A DNA stretch of 64,000 nt from a virus (IMGVR_UViG_3300021197_001793:6655-70654); one strand, 5' to 3'; positions 48,701 through 57,930 are shown, numbered from the stretch's first letter. The notes: generated from the sequence alone by a model not told the origin. Program-made: numbers and translations.

Positions 48701-49565
48701 AGAGTGGACGGCAGCGTTTCTTGAACGAGAACCAGAACACAGAAAAGAGAAAGCCATAAACCTTGCAAAACAGCACGGTTTTGCCATCAAGGACATCGAC
48801 GTTAATACCTCTGGCATGTACTGGGAGATAATGGATAAAAACACCCTTGTTGCTCCTTTAACGACCATTAAAGGCTTGGGTGAGAAAGCAATTGAACAGA
48901 TACTCAACAACAGACCCTTCAAAGATGTTGAGGACTTTATATTTAACGAAAACATTGTGTATTCTAAATTAAACAAGAAAGCGCTTGACGTTCTTTGCAG
49001 AGCAGGCGCAATGGATGATTTTATCGATGACCGCTTCACAGGCGACAAACACTTCTGGTCGGCAGTATGCGTAGACCGCCCAAAACGCCTCAAAAACTTC
49101 CTTAAGAACATTGAGACATATGAACCCGAAGGTTCGTTCACAGAAGAGGAAAAAATCACGTTCTTAAGCGATTTAACAGGTATTTTTCCTGTGTCCAGAG
49201 TTGTTACTCCTGAAGTTCAGGCGAAAATAGATGATAATTTCCTCCTACCAATTTCTGAGTACGACCATGACCTGAAGACTTGTTGGTGTATCCCAAGATC
49301 AATAACAGTAAAAAAGACAAAGACAGACAAAAAGTTTTATGTTGTCGAGGTTGTTGATTCTAACTCAGTACTCACAAAGGTAAGATGCTGGGGTGTCACA
49401 ACCGAACCGGTCCAAAAGTGGGACCGCAAAAGAAGAGAGATGTATACCAGACAGCCGGATACAATACATCTCAATAGACCATACGCTTTAAAGCCAAGAT
49501 ACAGTGCAGATTGGGGTTTTAGTACAAATGGTCCAACCAAACATTCTTGGTTTTTATTAGGCTAA
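45741..49565 (+). CDS. dnaE: DNA polymerase III alpha subunit
   Basis: PHP domain (LHAHS, ALTDHG, HLVLLA, ADSHY), GPGRGSAAGSLV, PDIDYD, RHAGGVVI, KFDLLGL, YRPGP, FQEQ, YGFNKSHA. Confidence 0.96.
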   Translation: MKIATVVLYIRPSNNSYDGFINKQGESISCFPIEHLNTIGFNQKDIDEVTVDWKSDSKTHRDGCFEYKITVNAGAVSTKEQEELSNKYMNEILRCRMSMGTRTKQSKIRFVGLHAHSGVGSPFDGFGYPQDHMEYAYDNGCKALALTDHGNMNGTAYQVLHAKKMKQQGKDFKPIFGVEAYFIEDVVDWRKKYEEHKADKVKARRLSKEQSGTTIEAEGETKSKGSELNRSRHLVLLAMNQEGLNNIYKMISESYTDKYYYRKPRIDYALLEKYNSGVICLSACLGGVYAGCYWSKREEGEEAVLECMREATRRMVSILGDRWYGELQWNNVPEQHDLNKYVIQMHKEFGIKLVSTADSHYPDPDSWKDRELYKRLGWLGRGKPEWLDMNLPTSVQEMEYELYPKNGDQMWEAYQKYSTETGVKYEDELVLRSIEETHRIAFDRIEGFYPDDTVRLPNFVVPAGYTADDYLGRIASEGLFSLLKLNYPLIFSKKTKHKQDSKITEYKDRLDHELKVIADRGFSKYFLTMKAIVDKTNEIQLAGPGRGSAAGSLVAYALGITQVDPIKYGLLFSRFLRADAKDYPDIDYDVSNPMALKEKLIGDWGDNVVVPISNFSTLQLKSLIKDVSKFYDVPFMEVNAVTNKMLFEAMPLAKAKHGIKAGVYNPTFEEVIEFSESLQNFFQNHPQIKEHVLGLIGSVRQVSRHAGGVVIGEDLDKYMPLISSKHVRQTPWSEGQNVRQLEPMGFIKFDLLGLSTLRMIEDCIGSILKRHHGVEEPSFADIKAYYDSHLHPDVVNLHDQNVYENIFHKGKWVGIFQFAEHGAQKFAQQAKPRSIIDISAITSIYRPGPLSAGVDKSFVEAKENPDSISYVNDTIRSITEETQGFLIFQEQIAMLAHKLGKNVTLDEGNLLRKLLTKKGTGKGHEAKEAIYDKFIEGCLEGKIPRKTADKLWTTFEYFSGYGFNKSHAVSYSIISYQCAWLCNYFPAEWTAAFLEREPEHRKEKAINLAKQHGFAIKDIDVNTSGMYWEIMDKNTLVAPLTTIKGLGEKAIEQILNNRPFKDVEDFIFNENIVYSKLNKKALDVLCRAGAMDDFIDDRFTGDKHFWSAVCVDRPKRLKNFLKNIETYEPEGSFTEEEKITFLSDLTGIFPVSRVVTPEVQAKIDDNFLLPISEYDHDLKTCWCIPRSITVKKTKTDKKFYVVEVVDSNSVLTKVRCWGVTTEPVQKWDRKRREMYTRQPDTIHLNRPYALKPRYSADWGFSTNGPTKHSWFLLG

Positions 49566-49578
49566 TATAGGAGATAAA

Positions 49579-50019
49579 ATGATAATAAAAAATAATGTAA
49601 AAATAAAATTTAAAAAAGTGCATCCACACGCTGTGGTGCCTAGTTATGCTAAAAAGGGAGATGCCGCAATGGATCTCTATGCTGCCGAATTCTTAAAAGA
49701 TAAATGGGGGAATTATGTCTATCTCACCGGTGTCGCAATTGAAATCCCTCCGGGGTTTGTTGGTTTACTATTTCCTCGGAGTTCTGTTTCGAGGACTTGT
49801 CTTAGTCTCGCTAATTCTGTTGGCGTGGTGGACAGTGGATATCGTGGCGAAATCATGCTCAAATACAGAGACGATGGAAAAGCAAAAGAATTCTATAGAG
49901 CCGGAGATAGAGTGGGACAATTAATGATCGTACCTTACCCGCAAATAGAGTTAATTGAAGTCGAGGAACTATCTACTACAGAGCGTGGCGACGGTGGATT
50001 CGGGAGTACTGGATCATGA
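49579..50019 (+). CDS. dut: dUTPase
   Basis: AAMDL, PRSS, GVVDSGYRGEI, GDRVGQL, ERGDGGFGSTG. Confidence 0.96.
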   Translation: MIIKNNVKIKFKKVHPHAVVPSYAKKGDAAMDLYAAEFLKDKWGNYVYLTGVAIEIPPGFVGLLFPRSSVSRTCLSLANSVGVVDSGYRGEIMLKYRDDGKAKEFYRAGDRVGQLMIVPYPQIELIEVEELSTTERGDGGFGSTGS

Positions 50020-50300
50020 ATAGAAAACAAAGAAGAGCAAGAGACAAGCAGATTAAGAAATCTAAAGAAAAGTCAACTGATATGGAGCAAAAATTAGGCT
50101 TATTTGAGTTAATGCCTGATGAATGCTTGGTTTGTCATAAAGCTTTTGACAAAACCAACAAAGAGATGGTCAAAACGTGGAACGTTGTTGTAAGAGAACA
50201 AGAAAGAAGCGTAAAAACATACTGCCCTAAATGTTGGGGCGATGCTATAAAGATTTTAAAGGAATATGGAGTTTCACCCGATGAAGGACAAACCGAATAA
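50016..50300 (+). CDS. Small zinc-finger protein
   Basis: MNRKQRRA start; CLVC...CPKC. Confidence 0.65.
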   Translation: MNRKQRRARDKQIKKSKEKSTDMEQKLGLFELMPDECLVCHKAFDKTNKEMVKTWNVVVREQERSVKTYCPKCWGDAIKILKEYGVSPDEGQTE

Positions 50301-50607
50301 GAAAAAAGTTATTTTCGATGACACAGATGTAAGACACGCTCGGCTTAAGATTAGACTTGAATATGATGGTCTGTCTCAGGCCGAGTTTTTTCGTTCATTT
50401 ATAACTGGTTATCTTGAGAAGGATAAATCAGTGATGGAATATATTACCAGATACAAAGAGGGTAATGCAAAGTTGAGTAAAAGAAATATGAAATACCAAG
50501 CAAAAGACCTTGAAGCGGCAGACGATTTGCTTGGACAATTTGGTATTGGTGATGAAGAATTAGAGAATATTTTCGATGTTATAGCTAAATCGAACCCAGA
50601 TTTATAA
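50281..50607 (+). CDS. Hypothetical protein (ribbon-helix-helix-like)
   Basis: KKVIFDDT.RHARLKIRL..DGLSQAEFFRSFITGYL strand-helix-helix pattern. Confidence 0.5.
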   Translation: MKDKPNKKKVIFDDTDVRHARLKIRLEYDGLSQAEFFRSFITGYLEKDKSVMEYITRYKEGNAKLSKRNMKYQAKDLEAADDLLGQFGIGDEELENIFDVIAKSNPDL

Positions 50608-50669
50608 TTTTGGGTTTTTTATCATTTAGCGTTCTATTTACTATGAAAACGATTTAAGGAGAATTATAA

Positions 50670-51311
50670 ATGGCTAAAAATAAACTTTTGAAAGAGTCAC
50701 AAGTCCGTAGATTTATGGGCTTGGCTGGACTTGGTGCCCTCAGTGAAAACATGTCTTCAGCAATGCATGAAGATGAAATGGAAGAAGATATGCATTCCGA
50801 GGCAATGTATAACGAAGAAGAAGCTGAAGAAGAAGCTGGAATGGAAATGAAAGATGATGCTGATGAAGCTGAAATGGACATGGAAGCCGATGAAGCTGAA
50901 CCTGAGGCCGAAAGCACAGTAGAGTTAGAACAGGATGATGTTGATACTCTTGCTGATTTAGCTGAAAAACTTCCTGATATTGTCGCAAAACTTCAAGGTA
51001 GCGGCGAAGAAATGGATGCTGGTGATGATATGGAAGCCGGTGATGATATGGATATGGACATGGAAATGGGCGGCGAAGAAGCTGACATGGAAATGGATGC
51101 CGAGGGTGGAGAAGCCGACGAAGAAGAGGTGGTGATGGAAGCTCTTCGTGGTGTCAACTTACAATTATCAAATACTGAAATTATTAATGAAGTTGCTCGT
51201 CGTGTTGCAAAGCGTATTCTTAAAGCAAAAGAAGCACAAAAGAGACTAGACGAGGCCCTAGGGAATAAAAAGCCTGTTCGTAAAACAAGCCGACAATCTA
51301 GAAAAAAATAA
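50670..51311 (+). CDS. Highly acidic putative prohead core/internal protein
   Basis: LLKESQVRRFMGLAGL (cf. scaffold MKKLAGI), Glu/Asp/Met-rich core, TCTATTTA at 50633. Confidence 0.6.
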   Translation: MAKNKLLKESQVRRFMGLAGLGALSENMSSAMHEDEMEEDMHSEAMYNEEEAEEEAGMEMKDDADEAEMDMEADEAEPEAESTVELEQDDVDTLADLAEKLPDIVAKLQGSGEEMDAGDDMEAGDDMDMDMEMGGEEADMEMDAEGGEADEEEVVMEALRGVNLQLSNTEIINEVARRVAKRILKAKEAQKRLDEALGNKKPVRKTSRQSRKK

Positions 51312-51312
51312 T

Positions 51313-51341
51313 TTGACAACAGTCAGTTAAAATGTTATAAT
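51313..51341 (+). promoter_or_regulatory. Sigma70-type promoter
   Basis: TTGACA-N17-TATAAT with extended -10. Confidence 0.85.
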
Positions 51342-51343
51342 GG

Positions 51344-51370
51344 AAGGGCGGAGGTAATCCGCCCTTTTTA
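51344..51370 (+). terminator. Intrinsic terminator overlapping the promoter start site
   Basis: AAGGGCGGA-GGTAA-TCCGCCCTT followed by Ts. Confidence 0.8.
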
Positions 51371-51381
51371 TTGGAGTTTTA

Positions 51382-51765
51382 ATGGAAACGATCTTTTATA
51401 TGTTTATTATTTTTGTTTGCGGCATAATATTCAACGCAACATGGGGATATATGCTGGGACTTGGATATGGCATGAACGCCTTCCAGATGGCAATGGTGAA
51501 CAGTTTGTTGTTACTGGCCAAAAATGTACAATCGGTCACAGAGATTCAACAACTCAAATATATGTCATACGAAATACTAGACCGAGACGAAAAATACATT
51601 GAGTTTCAAAAGATGATTGATGAGAAAGAATTGAATTCTCTTAAGAATTCTTTGATCAGGGACTATATCAATACGATACCAGCAAAATATAATTATATGA
51701 TAAAATTTCACAATTGGGACACTGCAATGTCCTATTTAAACAATCTATTAAAGGAGAAGAGATGA
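51382..51765 (+). CDS. Membrane protein
   Basis: N-terminal hydrophobic helix, SD GGAG. Confidence 0.65.
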   Translation: METIFYMFIIFVCGIIFNATWGYMLGLGYGMNAFQMAMVNSLLLLAKNVQSVTEIQQLKYMSYEILDRDEKYIEFQKMIDEKELNSLKNSLIRDYINTIPAKYNYMIKFHNWDTAMSYLNNLLKEKR

Positions 51766-52391
51766 TTAATATCAATGATAAAACACCAGAGAACGAAGGG
51801 GCAATAGACAAAGAACCAACCCCAGAACAGTTGTTACAAGAGATGATGAAGGCGGCAAAACCACCAGAGATTAGAACAATGGCTCTTTTCGGAGATGTTG
51901 ATGAGGAGAAATCACTTGACCTCATTGTTGGAATGTTGACGCTTACGGAGTTTACAGGCAAAGAACCTCCATACGACCCAATCAAATTTTATATATCAAC
52001 TTACGGCGGCTCTGCGGATGAAATGTTCTCCATCTATGACATGATGTCGATTTTAAAGTCTCAATGTGAGATTCAAACAATTGGGCTCGGCAAGGTTATG
52101 TCTGCCGGTACCCTCCTGCTAGCCGCAGGCACAAAGGGAAAAAGACAGATAGGTCGACACTGTCGAGTTATGATTCATGCTGTTGCCGCTGGATCGGTTG
52201 GCGAGTTGCATAATATGGAGAATGAGATGAAATCCATCAAGCACATTCAGGAAACATATATCGCAGCCTTGGCAAGAGAAACACACATGACAACAAGAAC
52301 AATCCAGAAATTACTAGACCGAAGAGTCAACGTTTATCTGTCAGCAGAGGAAGCCGTTGAATACGGTATAGCAGATGAAATAATTAATTAA
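51762..52391 (+). CDS. clpP: ClpP-like protease
   Basis: YISTYGGS, TIGLGKVMSAG, RVMIH, YLSAEEAVEYGIADEI. SD AGGAG. Confidence 0.9.
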   Translation: MININDKTPENEGAIDKEPTPEQLLQEMMKAAKPPEIRTMALFGDVDEEKSLDLIVGMLTLTEFTGKEPPYDPIKFYISTYGGSADEMFSIYDMMSILKSQCEIQTIGLGKVMSAGTLLLAAGTKGKRQIGRHCRVMIHAVAAGSVGELHNMENEMKSIKHIQETYIAALARETHMTTRTIQKLLDRRVNVYLSAEEAVEYGIADEIIN

Positions 52392-52402
52392 GGAGAGATG
52401 GA

Positions 52403-53305
52403 ATGGATAAGATTTTTTACAACCAAGCATCCGCAGTTAAGCTGGGATGGACTCCGGAATGGTTCGGAGGATACGATTTTGATGAAGATCTCTTAAAGAA
52501 GATCCGAAACTTCCAACGCATGCACCGCCTAACAGCAGATGGCATGTGCGGCCCAACAACATACAGGCGCATCTGGACAGACAGGGCGTCTAAGTTGGAA
52601 CACTATGAACCTGTTGAGAGAAAGGCAGGTCAAAAGACTAACCATATTATATACAATAATGATTTCTTTCCAATTGAATGGGACAAGGTTGTCCTTCCGT
52701 TTAATGCCGGAGGAAAGAAGATGGGTTCTGGTTATAAGAAGATGACTAAACTTCGTAAGCCTAAGATGTTCGTTTGCCACTGGGACGCAGCATTGAGTGC
52801 GGACTCATGTTACCGGATATTACGGAAACGTGGGCTGTCTATACACTTCACCATCGATAACGACGGAACCATATTTCAGTATTTGGACATGAATCATATA
52901 GCATACCATTGCGGCAAGCATAACCCAACCACCGTTGGAGTTGAGATAAGTAACGCCTTCTACCCGAAGTACAATCCTTGGTATCAACGCCATGGCTTCG
53001 GTAAAAGAGAGATGGTTAAGGGTGCTCATGCACATGGAAACTCGATGAAACCATTCATGGACTTCTACCCTGTACAGGTGGGTGCCCTCAAGGCGCTCAT
53101 GAAAGCAACAAGTGAAGCTTTAAATATTCCTTTGGAGTGTCCGCTTGATGAAAATGGAGAAACTAGTTATAAAGTAGATGAAATGGCGTATAAGAACAAA
53201 TTTAGGGGCTATATTTCGCACCTGAACATTTCTAAGAACAAGATAGACTGCGCCAATTTGGATCTGAAAAAGCTATTAGGGGAAATTAAAGATGAAACTG
53301 ACTGA
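52403..53305 (+). CDS. Endolysin: peptidoglycan-binding domain + N-acetylmuramoyl-L-alanine amidase
   Basis: FQRMHRLTADGMCGPTT (PG-binding); VCHWD, SIHFTIDNDG, AYH, GVEI, ISH..KIDC (amidase_2). Confidence 0.88.
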   Translation: MDKIFYNQASAVKLGWTPEWFGGYDFDEDLLKKIRNFQRMHRLTADGMCGPTTYRRIWTDRASKLEHYEPVERKAGQKTNHIIYNNDFFPIEWDKVVLPFNAGGKKMGSGYKKMTKLRKPKMFVCHWDAALSADSCYRILRKRGLSIHFTIDNDGTIFQYLDMNHIAYHCGKHNPTTVGVEISNAFYPKYNPWYQRHGFGKREMVKGAHAHGNSMKPFMDFYPVQVGALKALMKATSEALNIPLECPLDENGETSYKVDEMAYKNKFRGYISHLNISKNKIDCANLDLKKLLGEIKDETD

Positions 53306-54992
53306 AGAGATATTAGATCAACTGATCATGGAGCAGTTAAGCAGACTGGATGAGGAGCTAACTGTTGATATTGGCGTTACCTCTAAAGAAATATTTAATG
53401 CTGACCCAAGTGCAGACAATGCAGAAAGCAAGCTCCTCACCTTAATTAAGTTGGCGATGGATAATCTAAAAACTGGTAAAGACTTAGAACTCAAAGATCT
53501 TGAAGATGTTGCCGAAATTAATGAAGACACAAATAAGTTCGAACTTGATGACTTTGCACAATATGTAAAAAAGTTTGCTGATCCTAAATCAGACCTCGAT
53601 ACGGATAAGAGAAACACAGAATATTTCCGAAAGCTAAAAGTAGCCCTGCAAAGGACAATTAATATATTGACTCAGGCCATAAATGCTGGGCAAGACGACG
53701 ATATTATCAAAAATATGTTAGCAAAAGCAAAAACAATTATGGCTGGGGATTATAGCAAGGACACTCCTGAGCCGGGCTTTGATCCCTTCGAGAAAGACCC
53801 AGACACCAGCCAAGTGTCCTCACTCCCTCAAATTCCCCTTGAAATCTCTATGGGTGGTAAACTAGCACCAGCCACAGCGAATGCTTTTTCTGAGGCATTT
53901 GCGGGCGCCACAACCGTCGAGGCAAGGGTAAATAGAATGGCCGAATTGGCTTCTAATATCACCGTAGGCAAAAATCCCACGGGCACGATTGGTGAAAACG
54001 TCTCTGGCCTTGTTATTCTAGATGCTTTGGCTCGAATGACCCGCTCTATTGAGGCAGGATCTGCTAGCGGATGGTTGTTGGAAGGCTTCTTGGGCGCTTT
54101 GTTTGGTGGTACCGATGTTGGTGCCGCAATGGGGGCAGCCGACTTTTCATTGAAAGGGATCTTCTCCTCCAAAGGTGTTAAGGGCGGTAGTGCCAAGTTT
54201 TATGCATCAACCGCAACCTCTTTTGGAGGACAATCATACACAGATTTTAATAAGCTCGCAGCAGGCGAGTCGATAAGATATGTGATGGCGGAAAAAGCAA
54301 CAGACACCGGAAAAAGAGCAACTGGAATAGCGGCCAAAACCTTTGTAGCAATACAGGTTTATATAGTCGATGTCAAACGGAAACAAGTAACACCCAAATG
54401 GACAGCCAATGGAAATACGATTGATGCCGTTGACACTCTCCCGGAGAATTGGCAAAACGCAACTCGTATGCGAGCGGCATTAATTGCTGTGGCCAAAGAT
54501 TTTGAGTTTGTTATTTATGGTCCGAAAGGGACGAGCACAATACCATTTGCTATCCCCAAGACAAGCACATCAGCAGCAATTCTAAAAGGTAGCGGAAATA
54601 CTTTACAAGTCTTCGCTGACAAAGGCAAAAAAATAAGATTTAAATTTGCTCGTGATCAACCAAAAAAATGGCCAAAGCCATTCAACATTCCAATACCGCA
54701 AGTAACTGATTACCAAACCAATATTAAGACTGCAACCAAACTTGTTAGCGCAAAAGTTAATGATATGTTTGAAACCGCATCCAGACTTAGGTCACGCATG
54801 GATTCTTATGTTATGGGCGGAGACATCACAGATGGTCTTGCATCAGTCAAGGAATACACCACGTTGAAAAACAAAATCAACGAAGCATACGGAGACCTTG
54901 AAAAGGAAACAGGCGTTAAGCCACAAATAAATGAAAATAATTTAGAGAATATACTTGACAAATTGATTCAAGAGGTTATATTAACTAAGTAA
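53292..54992 (+). CDS. Putative packaged protein with possible PD-(D/E)XK-like nuclease core
   Basis: Leader MKLTEEILDQLIMEQLSRLDEE; GWLLEGFLGALFGG...ADF...SAK; C-terminal LDKLIQEV. Confidence 0.45.
   Translation: MKLTEEILDQLIMEQLSRLDEELTVDIGVTSKEIFNADPSADNAESKLLTLIKLAMDNLKTGKDLELKDLEDVAEINEDTNKFELDDFAQYVKKFADPKSDLDTDKRNTEYFRKLKVALQRTINILTQAINAGQDDDIIKNMLAKAKTIMAGDYSKDTPEPGFDPFEKDPDTSQVSSLPQIPLEISMGGKLAPATANAFSEAFAGATTVEARVNRMAELASNITVGKNPTGTIGENVSGLVILDALARMTRSIEAGSASGWLLEGFLGALFGGTDVGAAMGAADFSLKGIFSSKGVKGGSAKFYASTATSFGGQSYTDFNKLAAGESIRYVMAEKATDTGKRATGIAAKTFVAIQVYIVDVKRKQVTPKWTANGNTIDAVDTLPENWQNATRMRAALIAVAKDFEFVIYGPKGTSTIPFAIPKTSTSAAILKGSGNTLQVFADKGKKIRFKFARDQPKKWPKPFNIPIPQVTDYQTNIKTATKLVSAKVNDMFETASRLRSRMDSYVMGGDITDGLASVKEYTTLKNKINEAYGDLEKETGVKPQINENNLENILDKLIQEVILTK
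54955..54982 (+). promoter_or_regulatory. Sigma70-type promoter
   Basis: TTGACA-N16-TATATT upstream of groEL. Confidence 0.6.
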
Positions 54993-55010
54993 ACTAATTT
55001 TGGAGGAAAA

Positions 55011-56576
55011 ATGAACAGATTATTCAGTAAAGGTTACGAACTGAATTCAAAAATTCTTGAAGGTATTAATAAGTTAGCAGATAATGTTGCAACTACCCTC
55101 GGCCCTAAAGGCCGCAACGTTATTCTGTTTCACAAGGAGCAAGGAGTCCCCGTTATCACCAAAGATGGTGTGACGGTTGCTAAGTTTGTGGAACTTGAAG
55201 ATCCTTTCGAGAATGTAGGAGCGCAGATTGTGAAGCAAGCCGCAGAGCAATCAGCAACTAAGGCTGGTGATGGTACAACAACTGCCACCGTCCTTACGAG
55301 GGCAATTCTTCAACGAGCGCAGAAGTACCTGACCGCAGGTGTGTCCCCCATAGAAATTAAGCGTGGCATGGACAAAGCATGTGATGCAATTATTGAAAGA
55401 CTGAAGGAAATCGCCATCCCTGTCAGGTCTGAAAAAGACATTCGACATATCGCAACTATCTCAGCAAACAATGATAAATCTATTGGTCAGTTGATATCCA
55501 CAGCAGTTGACTCTGCTGGTAAGGATGGCTCTGTACTCGTTGAAGAAGCTCGCTCCCTTAAAACTAGTCTCGATCTAATCGAAGGATTCAGGTTTGATTC
55601 GGGCTACTTGTCTTCAACCTTTATCAACAACGAGAGAAATGGGACAATTGAGTATGATAATCCACTTATCGTGGTCACCGATGAAAAGATTGAAACAATC
55701 GAACAGATTCTGCCCACACTGGAGCTAGCTGCTCGTGATAACCGACCGCTCTTAATTGTAGCAGACATGGAAGGTCAGGCATTGGCTGCTGTTATAGCTA
55801 ACGCTGTTCGAGGCACAATGAAGATTGTTGCTGTAAAGCCTCCCCGGTATGGAGAGGAGCGAAGGAACATATTGAAAGATATCTGCTCCTCCACTGGTGC
55901 TACGTTTATCACACGTGAAAATCAACTTCAACTAAAACAGGTGCAACTTACACACTTCGGCCAATCCAAGTCTATTTCTATTAACAAAGGTTGGACTACG
56001 ATGGTCGGAGGCAAAGGTGACTACGAAGGGATTGATAGAAAGATTGAAGCCCTTAAGGTGGAGATCAAAGACACTGAATCCCTTAAAGAGTGTGAAAGGA
56101 TACAAGAGAGAATCACACGCCTTGCTTCCGGGGTCGCTGTTATTAAAGTAGGTGCAGCCACAGAAATAGAAATGATAGAAAAGAAACACAGAATTGATGA
56201 TGCTTTAGAAGCCGTAAGGTCTGCACAAGAGGAGGGCATTGTAGCTGGTGGCGGTATCGCTTTGTTGCGATCTTCATCCAACCTACATGTAGAAACAGAA
56301 AACGAAGAACAGTCGATTGGAGCCAAAATTATTCTTGATGCTGTTGAAGAACCTTTGCGTCAAATGGCTATAAACGCCGGAAAATCACCCGATCTTATTG
56401 TAGATAGGGTAAGGCGCCTCGAAACAAATTGCGGCTATAATTTCATGAATGACAGCGAAGTAAACATGCTTGATTCAGGTATTGTAGACCCAGCAAAGGT
56501 AACTCGCTGCGCTCTTCAGAATGCCGTATCGGTCGCCTCTACCTTGATTACAACCAGTCACGCTATTGTATCATAG
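55011..56576 (+). CDS. groEL: Chaperonin GroEL
   Basis: [44 protein letters not shown]. Lacks the GGM tail. Confidence 0.97.
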   Translation: MNRLFSKGYELNSKILEGINKLADNVATTLGPKGRNVILFHKEQGVPVITKDGVTVAKFVELEDPFENVGAQIVKQAAEQSATKAGDGTTTATVLTRAILQRAQKYLTAGVSPIEIKRGMDKACDAIIERLKEIAIPVRSEKDIRHIATISANNDKSIGQLISTAVDSAGKDGSVLVEEARSLKTSLDLIEGFRFDSGYLSSTFINNERNGTIEYDNPLIVVTDEKIETIEQILPTLELAARDNRPLLIVADMEGQALAAVIANAVRGTMKIVAVKPPRYGEERRNILKDICSSTGATFITRENQLQLKQVQLTHFGQSKSISINKGWTTMVGGKGDYEGIDRKIEALKVEIKDTESLKECERIQERITRLASGVAVIKVGAATEIEMIEKKHRIDDALEAVRSAQEEGIVAGGGIALLRSSSNLHVETENEEQSIGAKIILDAVEEPLRQMAINAGKSPDLIVDRVRRLETNCGYNFMNDSEVNMLDSGIVDPAKVTRCALQNAVSVASTLITTSHAIVS

Positions 56577-56603
56577 GTTACTATTTAGTTGTGGAGAAAC
56601 CCC

Positions 56604-56888
56604 ATGAATGAACAAGATATACAATCTTTGAAAATAACGTTAGTTGAAATCAATAGCGAACTTAAAAACATGGTTCAAAAGCAAGAAGAGCTACACAACG
56701 ACATTAAGGATGTCAAGTCAGCAATTTATAATCCCAACTCTGGTCTTTATACAAGAATACGTGACCTTGATGAGAGGATAAAGGACTTAGAATCGTGGCA
56801 AGGTAATGTCACAAAGATACTTTGGACAATTGCCACAACGGTAACCGGATTGGTTGCCGCAACAATTTATAAACTAATAATGGAGTAA
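56604..56888 (+). CDS. Coiled-coil protein with C-terminal TM helix (holin/XhlA-like candidate)
   Basis: Heptad coiled coil then ILWTIATTVTGLVAATIY; ACTATTTA at 56580. Confidence 0.5.
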   Translation: MNEQDIQSLKITLVEINSELKNMVQKQEELHNDIKDVKSAIYNPNSGLYTRIRDLDERIKDLESWQGNVTKILWTIATTVTGLVAATIYKLIME

Positions 56889-56891
56889 AAA

Positions 56892-57197
56892 ATGGATGTT
56901 AGAATAGCTTATGCCGTCAATCTGGACAACGTACCAGAGAAGGTGGAAGAGATGTTAAATGAAATAGATATACGCAAAGCTGCCCAAATGGTAACGCTTG
57001 CGATGGAAATGTTAGAACTGGGACATCACGATATGGGATCTACCCTTATTGAAGAGGCAAGACAAGCACTTGCGAAAGCGGATAGAAAACTCACAGATGC
57101 CCACATGATTTTAAATGGATACACCGAGGCAAAGAAAGACCCAGAACCCGAAAGATCAGATGTAGCTGACTCTACAGGAGAACCAGATGCTGATTAG
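56892..57197 (+). CDS. Hypothetical helical protein
   Basis: 101-aa ORF, SD GGAG. Confidence 0.65.
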   Translation: MDVRIAYAVNLDNVPEKVEEMLNEIDIRKAAQMVTLAMEMLELGHHDMGSTLIEEARQALAKADRKLTDAHMILNGYTEAKKDPEPERSDVADSTGEPDAD

Positions 57198-57396
57198 CGG
57201 AGATTTGGTACGGATTCCTCAAGGAACAGTTATCAATACAGAGGGTCAACAATTAGCCCCTATGCCAATAGCGGTTGTATCCACACCAGTGATGGGTATT
57301 GTGCTAGAAAGCAGAGACGTAATGGCGAAAGTCCTGATGAATAACGAAGTAATATATGTTGAAAAGAAGTTTTTGCAACTGATAGGGAGCAAGTAG
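57187..57396 (+). CDS. Small SH3/KOW-like protein
   Basis: ISGDLVRI...GIVL. Confidence 0.55.
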   Translation: MLISGDLVRIPQGTVINTEGQQLAPMPIAVVSTPVMGIVLESRDVMAKVLMNNEVIYVEKKFLQLIGSK

Positions 57397-57680
57397 TGTT
57401 TTTAAAACTCTATACGGTTAATAAAAGGCAAACATTTGAAGGTGACCAGTATTATTTAACTGAGGTTTCTATTAATGTTGCGAGAATTTCGTACATGGTA
57501 GAAAATGTTGATATGAAATCAATGTTGCAAGAAGGCAGAATCGATCTGAATCTGAATGAAAATGCAAACTTTACTGATTTGTATCTATATAACAAACAAC
57601 GCTTAACTGTGATTGGCAGTCCGACTATAATTGAATCGAAGATCCTACAGGCTTCTTCAAAGACACTACTAAGGGGGTGA
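57396..57680 (+). CDS. FlbD-like small protein
   Basis: LKL...INVARISYMVE...T.L......LTVIGSPTIIESKI pattern. Confidence 0.45.
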   Translation: MFLKLYTVNKRQTFEGDQYYLTEVSINVARISYMVENVDMKSMLQEGRIDLNLNENANFTDLYLYNKQRLTVIGSPTIIESKILQASSKTLLRG

Positions 57681-57681
57681 T

Positions 57682-57930
57682 ATGCGCTATTTTCAGGTTT
57701 ACGCTTGGACCGAGTGTCCTTTTTGCGTACACGCAAAAGAACTACTGATTGAAAGAGATGAACAATTTATGTTCTGCTGTCTGGATCAGTCTGATAATTT
57801 ATTAACACACATTAAAACAAAATATAACTGGGACACTGTTCCACTGATTGTGGAAAAACACACAGACCATAATGATGAAAAGTTTATTGGCGGGTTTACT
57901 GACCTTGCTAAGTATTTGGAGGAGAAATGA
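57682..57930 (+). CDS. Glutaredoxin
   Basis: CPFC, TVP, IGGF. Confidence 0.9.
   Translation: MRYFQVYAWTECPFCVHAKELLIERDEQFMFCCLDQSDNLLTHIKTKYNWDTVPLIVEKHTDHNDEKFIGGFTDLAKYLEEK

Noticed and set aside
31503-49565. Inteins or introns in recA, dnaB, nrdJ or dnaE
   Set aside because: The ORFs are uninterrupted and of normal length, with no C...HN intein ends or LAGLIDADG blocks.
51010-51110. Short tandem DNA repeats (GGTGATGATATGG x2, ATGGA(C/A) runs)
   Set aside because: They are explained by the low-complexity acidic protein sequence (AGDDME) of the 50670 ORF.
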